From Flectonema sp. DT1601 (lineage: Eukaryota), in NCBI GenBank assembly GCA_964019425.1, contig OZ025782.1:1116001-1180000 (forward strand): a stretch of DNA of 64,000 nucleotides. Direction: 5' to 3'. Made by a program: the position numbers and the translations under genes. This document shows, piece by piece, positions 32,701 through 42,606 of this stretch. How positions within the stretch are numbered: position 1 is the first letter of the stretch; the number at the start of each line of letters is the position of its first letter. Below the pieces are notes generated by a model, which was not told where the DNA came from, searched no databases, and worked only from the letters and a program-made list of their open reading frames with translations.

Positions 32701-33794
32701 AACAGGGACGTGTCGTCATCAAAGTCCGAGGTGGCCGTGTATGGGCACGTCGCAAACGCTGCACAAGTCGGTCCTCCGTACTCACCGACGCATCGGCACA
32801 CCCCATTCGAAACACACGTTCCCCTGTCACCGGAGCAGGCTTCCGGATCAGCTTGTCCGAAGCAAACAGTCGTCGCGTCCAAAACATTCACTTCAACACT
32901 GCAACTCGTTGACGTCCCGTCCGCGCCGTCGAACGAAAACGAAATCGTTTGTGAAGTCCCCGCATCTGAGGCAGAAGGCGTAAGCGTCTTCGTCCGGAAG
33001 AATGGCGACGACCTCGTGACCCCGTCGCTCGTCAGCGCAGTTGTATACGTTGCTATGGCCGACACCGTGAACTCAGTGCCGTGGGGAATGTTAATCGAAC
33101 CAGTCTTCGTGAGTATACAACGAGGAGAAGTCAACGACTCACAGTGGTACAGGAACCTGATAGCCTGGGCATCCCCTTCGCTCAACGTTGATCGTTGTCC
33201 AATCGGCTTCGGAGAATCAATCGTCGGGAGGCCATTCTTCGTAAAAGCGGTAGCACTGTAGTGCATTATCGAATCATAGTCGTAGGGTCCAATGGTGTTG
33301 ACTGTCGATCTCAATTCGAACTGATCGACGAAGTCCTCTTGGATGTTCTCCGTCTTGATGTTCACAAAATCATCCCTGTCGCTCCGGCTCTGCTCGTGCC
33401 AGAATCCCATCGCGTGTAATACCTCGTGGAGTGTTGATCCGGATGAACAGGTTTCCTTCAGCCAAATCATCGTCGGAGCTCCCCTCACCATTCCGATGTT
33501 CGCCTTGCACCCTCCAGCGTAGTACACGAACTTCATGTAGTTCACGTCCGACGCCGTCGCAGCTCTGAACCGAACACAAGTCTTCTCCTCGATCACACCT
33601 ATCGAAGTCAGGATTCTCGCATCGTCCGAATCGAGAGACGAGTCTATTTGGTAGGGAACAACACCACCAGGCCACAGGTTTCCATTCCATCCACTCAGAG
33701 TCTGCACGTCAGACTCGAACACCATGTCACCGATGGTCACATCTCGGCTCGCAGCGCAGCAAAGGGCCGCGAGCAGTGCAACTGCCCTGTGCAT
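29712..33794 (-). CDS. Secreted astacin metalloprotease, short form, 1360 aa, 3 Cys-rich modules
   Basis: N-terminal ~885 aa are identical to the long form; ends HHGVPVSRV. Confidence 0.95.
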   Translation of the reverse strand: MHRAVALLAALCCAASRDVTIGDMVFESDVQTLSGWNGNLWPGGVVPYQIDSSLDSDDARILTSIGVIEEKTCVRFRAATASDVNYMKFVYYAGGCKANIGMVRGAPTMIWLKETCSSGSTLHEVLHAMGFWHEQSRSDRDDFVNIKTENIQEDFVDQFELRSTVNTIGPYDYDSIMHYSATAFTKNGLPTIDSPKPIGQRSTLSEGDAQAIRFLYHCESLTSPRCILTKTGSINIPHGTEFTVSAIATYTTALTSDGVTRSSPFFRTKTLTPSASDAGTSQTISFSFDGADGTSTSCSVEVNVLDATTVCFGQADPEACSGDRGTCVSNGVCRCVGEYGGPTCAAFATCPYTATSDFDDDTSLLSTNAAEGTGIITTDSYSGVGSLQVGDAGQVGARSATFDFAGHPRRLSARIKYSKKHSDVRYGIYMWKNGGICYSFQPGRLSYTYSGSPITPRVAYGYGSSYDYLVNPSKWHKIEIEVVSPSEINEYLDGVLVGTRAYSSGSCADGVSSVGTIFNSGGPSFVDDFKIICGEFVSITGTLVTAADQREALRSGGHTIVLKLQSDSWKSDGESIRAVLESLKGLRSDSPWNTERDTLLRVGNVAVSGSLFTITLAALPSYDYQLDEIVTFRIPASSLTEGSEVVDSSSFQVRGWCSGTRRFLDTNGFFLRNSRSPYVPEYVKFEIPAASATFSWIIADYETVTFSSSGNVCMSGNCVGSGPSLPSSRAIAVELEFSRSGSGGVISSIAVTVNGMSLGTLTWSGRTLSRTSSVYVATSSETTQVFRCPNIDPEVTHEAITGSSGKFTLLPGSVEFDTSDEVAISTDASCSSKVVHHVRPSNGIIELHYQNRPAGVSYFICWSSGLVTSVFVSQEFVSSTSPATTPPTPPPTPPPTSPPTPPPTPPPTSPPTPPPTVPPTPPPTPPPTPPPTPPPTAPPTPPPTPPPTPPPTAPPTPPPTPPPTPPPTAPPTPPPTAPPTPPPTPPPTAPPTPPPTPPPTPPPTPPPTAPPTPPPTPPPTPPPTAPPTPPPTPPPTPPPTPPPTPPPTAPPTPPPTTPPTPPPTSDPSELRYSTSSCSHVSLPRQSATTASVRCCSLDGMRCSSKSGDVCHGEAATYDEAESTCGSINMRLCTEPELESGMCCGTGCRYNKKAVWIRHVPSPPPTSAPTSDPLRYTADGCPGTGSAIATTSSTTGAVRCCSVDGESCISYADNTCFGSSRTYEEAMQICSAVGRRLCSPAELSSGTCCATGCNYDLVGVWVSKDVRYSTSSCSHVSLPRQSATTASVRCCSLDGMRCSSKFGDVCHGEAATYDEAESTCGSINMRLCTEPELESGICCGTGCRYNKKAVWIHHGVPVSRV
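30601..31147 (-). repeat. Pro/Thr coding minisatellite
   Basis: Same 12-bp unit type as 24829-25685, shorter array. Confidence 0.9.
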
Positions 33795-35614
33795 TTTCTT
33801 TTTATGAATTGACTGAAGCAGCCCTTTGGGGAGGAAAAGAATAAGAAATCACAGTATTATTTAACAATGACGCAAACACGATCCCACACAAAGCAAAGCT
33901 ACAGTCTACTTCGTAGTTGTGCGTAACACTGTTGAGCGGCTACCCCTAACAGAGAGACAGTCAGTCGTCGTCTCCCTGTGTCTTCCCCTGCCAAGAAAAA
34001 CATTGTCGTTGTCATTTTTTATTTTTGTTGAGTTCTGCACAAAGAAAAATAAGTGTTTCTTACTCAAGAGGGTACACAAGTTTCCCGAAAGTAATAAAGT
34101 CCATCGAGAGGGAAAGGGAATCTGGATATCATTTTCAATTTTGAAACATAAATGGGAAAGAAAAATATCCCTTAACATATCTCAGACCCCTCAAGAAAGA
34201 AAAAAAAAAGAGGACAGAAAAAAAATACTAGAGAAGGCAACCTGATGATCCTGTAATGAAATACAGAGCACCTTTGAATGAAACCGGCTAAAAACAGGAA
34301 TAGTTGCCATGTAAAAAAGACCCAACAGTTGGCATTGATAAAACCCCATTGTCGTCGAATACATATGGGGATTCAGGGGACACGTATTACAGCTTGAGCA
34401 CCCCATGCCTTGTGGCCCGTTAACAGTTTTTAGATTATAATTATCTATTTGTAAACAAATAAACACAAATAGATATTATTAAAAGAAAACGATACGATAC
34501 GATTGGATTCGATTCGATTCGATTAAAAAAGGCCGAGCTTTGCTCAACCAAAAGGTTATCAAAAAGGGGAGGGGAAGGGAGGGGAGGGGAGTGGAAGGGA
34601 AGGCATGTGTTAAGAAAAAAAACAGCAAAGGGGAATCAACTGTTTGGGCATGCTTACAATAACATAAATAGCTGTATTTTTGTATAAAAAAGTTAGCTAT
34701 AATAATAATCATTAGTAATTCATGCATGAGACAGTTGACTAAAGGCAATGCAATGGTATGTATAGGCAAACACTCTTACATTATAATCGCTGTTTCGAAC
34801 AAACGCGGCGTTGTTCTGAATTCAGTTAGTTGAGAGGGAGAGTTGTTGTTTCTAAATACTCTTATGAGTTTTTAAGAAACGACGAACTTAGTAAGGTCAA
34901 CAGAGAATTCGGCTGCTTCATAAAAAATAAACAACAAAAAAAAAAAAAACCACAACGGCGAAAGTCATTTCCGCCGAGCGCAAATCATCACCCCGACCGC
35001 ATTTTTGCTGTGCAGCTTTTCTTTCTTTGTTTTTTTTTTTCCTTTTTTTTTTTTTTTTTTTTTGCTTTTTCCCAGCCTTCTTCTGTTGTATACATGATAA
35101 AAATTAGATAACTCATTTTTTATGTTATAGTTATTTGGTGTTTTGAAGCTCGCACGTAAACGAAAATACTACTTGACGTGTCATAGAAGACAGTGTCATG
35201 GAAGCGCGAACTGAATCAATAATGATAAGAGGAGAATGCAAGCGACAACTTGAAACAAAAGGAAGATGAAGAAAAAGACAAAGGCTTTTCTTTTTCTTTT
35301 CTCTTTGTGCAAAATAGACCAACTAAGGTTATAATTTAGAATTTACCATATTCTTCAGAGAAGACGAGGCCCCTCAAAAATAAAAACTAACTTCAACTAA
35401 CAAACTAGGAAGGGGAGGGGAGGGGAGGGTCTGGTCCAGTACAATGCAAAACAAAACAAAAGTACCGGATTCCTTTTTTTTTTAAATCTGGACGCAGCCG
35501 TTGCTTCTTGCGCAAACGCGAGGACCACCGTGTCCCAAAGAGAAATCGTGGTACCTCCGATTTCTATTTTATTTAATTTGTAAATTATAAAAAAAATGAA
35601 CCAACCATTCAATT

Positions 35615-38600
35615 TCATAAGCTCCATTGTTGTTTTGAATTGATTCCTCCAGGTGGAGTCGGGACATCATGCTGAATCCAAACAGCCTTCTTGTTATACC
35701 GGCAACCTGTACCACAACAGATTCCAGATTCCAATTCTGGTTCGCTACACAGCCTCATGTTGATGCTCCGGCAAGTGCGTTCCGCTTCGTCGTACGTTGC
35801 CGCTTCCCCATGGCACACACCACTAGACTTCGAAGTGCACGCCAACCCATCCGTTGTACAGCATCTGACGCTTGCTGTGGCAGCCGACTGCCTTGGGAGA
35901 GAAACACGTGAACAGCTGCTGGTGCTGTACCGAACATCGTTTGAAACCCAAACGCCAACTCGATCGTAACCACAACCGGTTGCGCAACACGTTCCGGATG
36001 ACAGCTCTGCGGGGCTGCAAAGCCTCCTCCCCACAGCGCTACAGATCTGCATTGCTTCTTCGTAGGTACGCGAACTTCCGAAACACGTGTTGTCTGCGTA
36101 GGAAATACACGATTCCCCATCCACCGAGCAACACATAACTGCTCCCGTAGTCGACGAGGTTGTCGCGATGATGGCAGATCCTGTTCCTGGACAGCCGTCA
36201 GCAGTGTAGCGGAGTGGATCTGAAGTTGGTGCCGGTGTTGGTGGTGGAGTCGGGACATCATGCTGAATCCAAACAGCCTTTTTGTTATACCGGCAACCTG
36301 TACTACAACAGATTCCAGATTCTATTTCAGGTTCGGTACACAATCTCATGTTGCTCCTCCGGCAAGTGCTTTCCGCTTCGTCGTACGTTGCCGCTTCCCC
36401 ATGGCAGACGCCCCCAGACTTCGAAGTGCACGCCAACCCATCCGTTGTACAGCATCTGACGCTTGCTGTGGTGGCCGACTGCCTTGGGTGCAAAAAACCT
36501 GAACAGCTGCTGGTGCTGTACCGAACATCCTTCGAAACCCAAACGCCAACTCGATCGTAATCACAACCGGTTGCGCAACACGTTCCGGATGACAGCTCTG
36601 CGGGGCTGCAAAGCCTCCTCCCCACAGCGCTACAGATCTGCATTGCTTCTTCGTAGGTACGCGAACTTCCGAAACACGTGTTGTCTGCGTAGGAAATACA
36701 CGATTCCCCATCCACCGAGCAACACATAACTGCTCCCGTAGTCGACGAGGTTGTCGCGATGATGGCAGATCCTGTTCCTGGACAGCCGTCAGCAGTGTAG
36801 CGGAGTGGATCTGAAGTTGGTGCCGGTGTTGGTGGTGGAGTCGGGACATCATGCTGAATCCAAACAGCCTTTTTGTTATACCGGCAACCTGTACTACAAC
36901 AGATTCCAGATTCTATTTCAGGTTCGGTACACAATCTCGTGTTGCTCCTCCGGCAAGTGCTTTCCGCTTCGTCGTACGTTGCCGCTTCCCCATGGCAGAC
37001 GCCCCCAGACTTCGAAGTGCACGCCAACCCATCCGTTGTACAGCATCTGACGCTTGCTGTGGTGGCCGACTGCCTTGGGTGCAAAAAACCTGAACAGCTG
37101 CTGGTGCTGTACCGAACATCCTTCGAAACCCAAACGCCAACTCGATCGTAATCACAACCGGTTGCGCAACACGTTCCGGATGACAGCTCTGCGGGGCTGC
37201 AAAGCCTCCTCCCCACAGCGCTACAGATCTGCATTGCTTCTTCGTAGGTACGCGAACTTCCGAAACACGTGTTGTCTGCGTAGGAAATACACGATTCCCC
37301 ATCCACCGAGCAACACCTAACTGCTCCCGTAGTCGACGAGGTAGTCGCGATGACGGCTGATCCTGTTCTTGGACAGCCGTCAGCAGTGTAGCGGAGTGGA
37401 TCAGAAGTTGGTGCCGGTGCTGGTGGTGCTGTTGGTGCTGGAGTTAGAACATCATGCTGAATCCAAACAGCTTTGTCGTTATACCGGCAACCTGTACCAC
37501 AACACATTCCAGATTTCAATTCTGGTTCGCTACACAGCCTCATGTTGATGCTCCGGCAAGTGCTTTCCGCTTCGTCGTACGTTGCCGCTTCCCCATGACA
37601 GACCGCAGACTTCGAAGTGCACGTCAAGCCATCCGTAGTACAGCATTTGACGGTTGCAGTGGTAGCCGGCTGCCTTGGGTGAGAAACATGTGAACAGCTG
37701 CTGGTGCTGTACCGAGCATCATGAAGAATCCAAACAGCTTTGTCGTTATACCGGCAACCTGTACCACAACAGATTCCAGATTCCAATTCAGGTTCGGTAC
37801 ACAGCCTCATGTTGATGCTCCGGCAAGTGCTTTCCGCTTCGTCGTACGTTGCCGCTTCCCCATGGCAGACCGCAGACTTTGAAGTGCACGTCATTCCATC
37901 TCTAGTACAGCATCTGACGCTTGCTGTGGTAGCCGGTTGCCTTGGGTGAGAAACATGTGAACAGCTGCTGGTGCTGTAGCGGAGTTCTGAAGGATCTGAA
38001 GTTGGTGGAGGAGTCGGTGGCGCCGTTGGTGGAGGTGTTGGCGGTGCTGTTGGTGGAGGTGTTGGTGAAGAAGTCGGTGGCGGTGTTGGCGGTGCTGTTG
38101 GCGGAGGAGTTGGTGGTGGAGTCGGAGGTGCTGTTGGCGGCGGAGTCGGTGGAGGTGTTGGTGGTGGAGTCGGCGGCGGAGTTGGAGGAGGAGTCGGCGG
38201 TGCTGTTGGTGGAGGAGTTGGTGGTGGAGTCGGAGGTGCTGTTGGTGGCGGAGTCGGTGGAGGTGTTGGTGGTGGAGTCGGCGGCGGAGTTGGAGGAGGA
38301 GTCGGCGGTGCTGTTGGCGGAGGTGTTGGTGGTGGAGTCGGCGGTGCTGTTGGCGGAGGAGTTGGTGGTGGAGTCGTAGGTGCTGTTGGCGGCGGAGTCG
38401 GTGGAGGTGTTGGTGGCGGAGTCGGTGGAGAAGTTGGTGGCGGTGTTGGCGGCGGAGTCGGTGGAGAAGTTGGTGGCGGAGTTGGCGGCGGAGTCGGTGG
38501 AGAAGTTGGTGGCGGTGTTGGCGGCGGAGTCGGTGGAGAAGTTGGTGGCGGTGTTGGCGGCGGAGTCGGTGGTGTTGTTGCTGGCGAAGTTGAGGAAACA

Positions 38601-41227
38601 AACTCCTGCGAAACGAACACCGAAGTCACCAATCCAGAACTCCAACAGATGAAATACGAAACTCCCGCAGGCCTGTTTTGATAATGCAATTCGATAATAC
38701 CATTTGAAGGCCTGACGTGATGTACGACCTTCGACGAACACGAAGCATCCGTCGAGATTGCCACTTCGTCAGACGTATCGAATTCCACACTTCCCGGAAG
38801 CAGCGTGAACTTTCCAGAGCTCCCGGTAATGGCTTCATGGGTCACCTCAGGATCGATGTTTGGACACCGGAATACCTGCGTTGTTTCACTACTGGTTGCC
38901 ACGTAAACTGAGCTGGTCCTTGAAAGTGTTCTTCCAGACCACGTCAGTGTTCCTAATGACATCCCGTTAACAGTCACAGCAATACTACTAATAACACCGC
39001 CACTGCCGCTGCGAGAGAACTCCAGCTCCACCGCAATTGCCCTCGACGACGGCAACGATGGCCCTGAACCGACGCAGTTCCCGCTCATGCAAACATTTCC
39101 CGACGACGAAAACGTGACAGTCTCGTAGTCGGCGATTATCCAACTGAAGGTCGCAGAAGCAGCCGGGATTTCAAACTTCACGTACTCCGGCACGTAAGGG
39201 CTCCTTGAGTTTCTCAAGAAGAACCCATTCGTGTCGAGGAACCTTCGAGTCCCGGAACACCATCCCCGAACCTGAAACGACGACGAGTCGACCACTTCGC
39301 TCCCCTCAGTCAACGACGACGCCGGTATCCGGAAGGTCACGATCTCGTCCAACTGGTAGTCGTAGCTCGGCAGCGCCGCGAGCGTTATCGTGAAGAGCGA
39401 ACCCGATACCGCCACGTTCCCAACTCGCAGCAAGGTGTCCCTTTCCGTGTTCCACGGAGAGTCACTCCTCAGACCTTTCAGGGACTCCAACACCGCCCTG
39501 ATCGACTCTCCGTCGCTTTTCCAGCTGTCGCTCTGAAGCTTCAGCACTATCGTGTGCCCGCCACTCCGCAACGCTTCCCGTTGGTCCGCCGCCGTCACCA
39601 GCGTCCCGGTGATAGACACGAATTCACCACAAATGATCTTAAAGTCATCAACAAACGACGGACCTCCACTGTTGAATATCGTACCGACACTGCTCACTCC
39701 ATCTGCACAGCTCCCGCTGCTGTACGCCCGCGTCCCCACGAGAACACCGTCGAGGTACTCGTTGATTTCACTGGGGGAGACGACTTCGATTTCTATCTTG
39801 TGCCACTTAGACGGGTTCACCAAGTAATCGTAACTTGAACCGTATCCGTACGCAACACGGGGGGTGATCGGTGATCCACTGTAGGTGTATGACAGCCTTC
39901 CGGGTTGGAAACTGTAGCAGATCCCTCCATTCTTCCACATGTAGATTCCGTACCTCACGTCGCTGTGTTTCTTCGAGTATTTGATCCGAGCCGACAACCT
40001 GCGAGGATGTCCGGCAAAGTCGAACGTCGCCGACCTGGCTCCCACCTGACCAGCATCTCCCACTTGAAGCGATCCGACACCCGAGTACGAATCAGTCGTA
40101 ATGATCCCCGTCCCCTCGGCCGCGTTGGTGCTCAACAGGGACGTGTCGTCATCAAAGTCCGAGGTGGCCGTGTATGGGCACGTCGCAAACGCTGCACAAG
40201 TCGGTCCTCCGTACTCACCGACGCATCGGCACACCCCATTCGAAACACACGTTCCCCTGTCACCGGAGCAGGCTTCCGGATCAGCTTGTCCGAAGCAAAC
40301 AGTCGTCGCGTCCAAAACATTCACTTCAACACTGCAACTCGTTGACGTCCCGTCCGCGCCGTCGAACGAAAACGAAATCGTTTGTGAAGTCCCCGCATCT
40401 GAGGCAGAAGGCGTAAGCGTCTTCGTCCGGAAGAATGGCGACGACCTCGTGACCCCGTCGCTCGTCAGCGCAGTTGTATACGTTGCTATGGCCGACACCG
40501 TGAACTCAGTGCCGTGGGGAATGTTAATCGAACCAGTCTTCGTGAGTATACAACGAGGAGAAGTCAACGACTCACAGTGGTACAGGAACCTGATAGCCTG
40601 GGCATCCCCTTCGCTCAACGTTGATCGTTGTCCAATCGGCTTCGGAGAATCAATCGTCGGGAGGCCATTCTTCGTAAAAGCGGTAGCACTGTAGTGCATT
40701 ATCGAATCATAGTCGTAGGGTCCAATGGTGTTGACTGTCGATCTCAATTCGAACTGATCGACGAAGTCCTCTTGGATGTTCTCCGTCTTGATGTTCACAA
40801 AATCATCCCTGTCGCTCCGGCTCTGCTCGTGCCAGAATCCCATCGCGTGTAATACCTCGTGGAGTGTTGATCCGGATGAACAGGTTTCCTTCAGCCAAAT
40901 CATCGTCGGAGCTCCCCTCACCATTCCGATGTTCGCCTTGCACCCTCCAGCGTAGTACACGAACTTCATGTAGTTCACGTCCGACGCCGTCGCAGCTCTG
41001 AACCGAACACAAGTCTTCTCCTCGATCACACCTATCGAAGTCAGGATTCTCGCATCGTCCGAATCGAGAGACGAGTCTATTTGGTAGGGAACAACACCAC
41101 CAGGCCACAGGTTTCCATTCCATCCACTCAGAGTCTGCACGTCAGACTCGAACACCATGTCACCGATGGTCACATCTCGGCTCGCAGCGCAGCAAAGGGC
41201 CGCGAGCAGTGCAACTGCCCTGTGCAT
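35615..41227 (-). CDS. Secreted astacin metalloprotease, long form, 1870 aa, 8 Cys-rich modules
   Basis: As 23035-28332, with an extra 591-bp two-module unit and a stalk shorter by 276 bp. Confidence 0.95.
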   Translation of the reverse strand: MHRAVALLAALCCAASRDVTIGDMVFESDVQTLSGWNGNLWPGGVVPYQIDSSLDSDDARILTSIGVIEEKTCVRFRAATASDVNYMKFVYYAGGCKANIGMVRGAPTMIWLKETCSSGSTLHEVLHAMGFWHEQSRSDRDDFVNIKTENIQEDFVDQFELRSTVNTIGPYDYDSIMHYSATAFTKNGLPTIDSPKPIGQRSTLSEGDAQAIRFLYHCESLTSPRCILTKTGSINIPHGTEFTVSAIATYTTALTSDGVTRSSPFFRTKTLTPSASDAGTSQTISFSFDGADGTSTSCSVEVNVLDATTVCFGQADPEACSGDRGTCVSNGVCRCVGEYGGPTCAAFATCPYTATSDFDDDTSLLSTNAAEGTGIITTDSYSGVGSLQVGDAGQVGARSATFDFAGHPRRLSARIKYSKKHSDVRYGIYMWKNGGICYSFQPGRLSYTYSGSPITPRVAYGYGSSYDYLVNPSKWHKIEIEVVSPSEINEYLDGVLVGTRAYSSGSCADGVSSVGTIFNSGGPSFVDDFKIICGEFVSITGTLVTAADQREALRSGGHTIVLKLQSDSWKSDGESIRAVLESLKGLRSDSPWNTERDTLLRVGNVAVSGSLFTITLAALPSYDYQLDEIVTFRIPASSLTEGSEVVDSSSFQVRGWCSGTRRFLDTNGFFLRNSRSPYVPEYVKFEIPAASATFSWIIADYETVTFSSSGNVCMSGNCVGSGPSLPSSRAIAVELEFSRSGSGGVISSIAVTVNGMSLGTLTWSGRTLSRTSSVYVATSSETTQVFRCPNIDPEVTHEAITGSSGKFTLLPGSVEFDTSDEVAISTDASCSSKVVHHVRPSNGIIELHYQNRPAGVSYFICWSSGLVTSVFVSQEFVSSTSPATTPPTPPPTPPPTSPPTPPPTPPPTSPPTPPPTPPPTSPPTPPPTPPPTSPPTPPPTPPPTPPPTAPTTPPPTPPPTAPPTPPPTPPPTAPPTPPPTPPPTPPPTPPPTPPPTAPPTPPPTPPPTAPPTPPPTPPPTPPPTPPPTPPPTAPPTPPPTPPPTAPPTPPPTSSPTPPPTAPPTPPPTAPPTPPPTSDPSELRYSTSSCSHVSHPRQPATTASVRCCTRDGMTCTSKSAVCHGEAATYDEAESTCRSINMRLCTEPELESGICCGTGCRYNDKAVWILHDARYSTSSCSHVSHPRQPATTATVKCCTTDGLTCTSKSAVCHGEAATYDEAESTCRSINMRLCSEPELKSGMCCGTGCRYNDKAVWIQHDVLTPAPTAPPAPAPTSDPLRYTADGCPRTGSAVIATTSSTTGAVRCCSVDGESCISYADNTCFGSSRTYEEAMQICSAVGRRLCSPAELSSGTCCATGCDYDRVGVWVSKDVRYSTSSCSGFLHPRQSATTASVRCCTTDGLACTSKSGGVCHGEAATYDEAESTCRRSNTRLCTEPEIESGICCSTGCRYNKKAVWIQHDVPTPPPTPAPTSDPLRYTADGCPGTGSAIIATTSSTTGAVMCCSVDGESCISYADNTCFGSSRTYEEAMQICSAVGRRLCSPAELSSGTCCATGCDYDRVGVWVSKDVRYSTSSCSGFLHPRQSATTASVRCCTTDGLACTSKSGGVCHGEAATYDEAESTCRRSNMRLCTEPEIESGICCSTGCRYNKKAVWIQHDVPTPPPTPAPTSDPLRYTADGCPGTGSAIIATTSSTTGAVMCCSVDGESCISYADNTCFGSSRTYEEAMQICSAVGRRLCSPAELSSGTCCATGCGYDRVGVWVSNDVRYSTSSCSRVSLPRQSAATASVRCCTTDGLACTSKSSGVCHGEAATYDEAERTCRSINMRLCSEPELESGICCGTGCRYNKKAVWIQHDVPTPPGGINSKQQWSL
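38000..38580 (-). repeat. Pro/Thr coding minisatellite
   Basis: Same 12-bp unit type as 24829-25685. Confidence 0.9.
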
Positions 41228-42606
41228 TTTCTTTTTATGAATTGACTGAAGCAGCCCTTTGGGGAGGAAAAGAATAAGAAATCACAGTATTATTTAACAA
41301 TGACGCAAACACGATCCCACACAAAGCAAAGCTACAGTCTACTTCGTAGTTGTGCGTAACACTGTTGAGCGGCTACCCCTAACAGAGAGACAGTCAGTCG
41401 TCGTCTCCCTGTGTCTTCCCCTGCCAAGAAAAACATTGTCGTTGTCATTTTTTATTTTTGTTGAGTTCTGCACAAAGAAAAATAAGTGTTTCTTACTCAA
41501 GAGGGTACACAAGTTTCCCGAAAGTAATAAAGTCCATCGAGAGGGAAAGGGAATCTGGATATCATTTTAAATTTTGAATACAATAAGGGAAAATGTCCCT
41601 CGTCATGTCACAGATCTCCTCAAAAAAAAAAAAAAAAAAAAAAAAGGGAAAAGGGAAATTAAAAAATGAGAGAGTGTAAGTCTGGCTTAGATGCGAGTAT
41701 TTCGCAATAGCCACGCCACACGTATCAGGTAAAAAAGGCCGAGATTTGCCCAACCGAAGATTATAAAAAAAAGGGGAGACACGTGTAAAAAATCAACTAG
41801 GGAGGAAGATTTATCTCAATACCACTCTTATGAGTTTTTAAGAAACGATGAACGTCAGTCAAACAGAGAATTCGGCTGCTTCATAAAAATAAACAAAACA
41901 AAAAAAACTACAACGGCGAAAGTCATCATCACCACTCAGTTTCTTATTTTTGTTTGTTTCCTTCTCTCTCAGCCTTCTTCTGTTGTATACATATAAAGAT
42001 ATAACTAGATTTCATTTTTTATGTTATAGTTATTTGGTGTTTTGAAGCTCGCACGTAAACGAAAATACTACTTGACGTGTCATAGAAGACAGTGTCATGG
42101 AAGCGCGAACTGAATCAATAATGATAAGAGGAGAATGCAAGCGACAACTTGAAACAAAAGGAAGATGAAGAAAAAGACAAAGGCTTTTCTTTTTCTTTTC
42201 TCTTTGTGCAAAATAGACCAACTAAGGGTATAATTTAGAATTTACCATATTCTTCAGAGAAGACGAGGTCCCTCAAAAATAAAAACTAACTTCAACTAAC
42301 AAACTAGGAAGGAAGCGGAGAGAGCTGGAGGAGGGTACAGTACAATGCACAACAAATATCACATTCCTTTAAATTACTTTTGCCCTGGACGCAGCACATA
42401 GCTGCTCCGATGGTTCTTGCGCAACTTAAGGATTATTGTACTAAAAATTACGGTCCACCCCCTCCAAGAATTTAATTATTCTTACTCAGTCTTTTTCATT
42501 ATGAAATTTATCACATGCATTGAAATTGTAAAATGAACATTCATCTTATGCGCTCAAATGTTGTAATAAATTATTTCTTTCTTTTCCGTTGTTTCCAGCG
42601 CATAGA

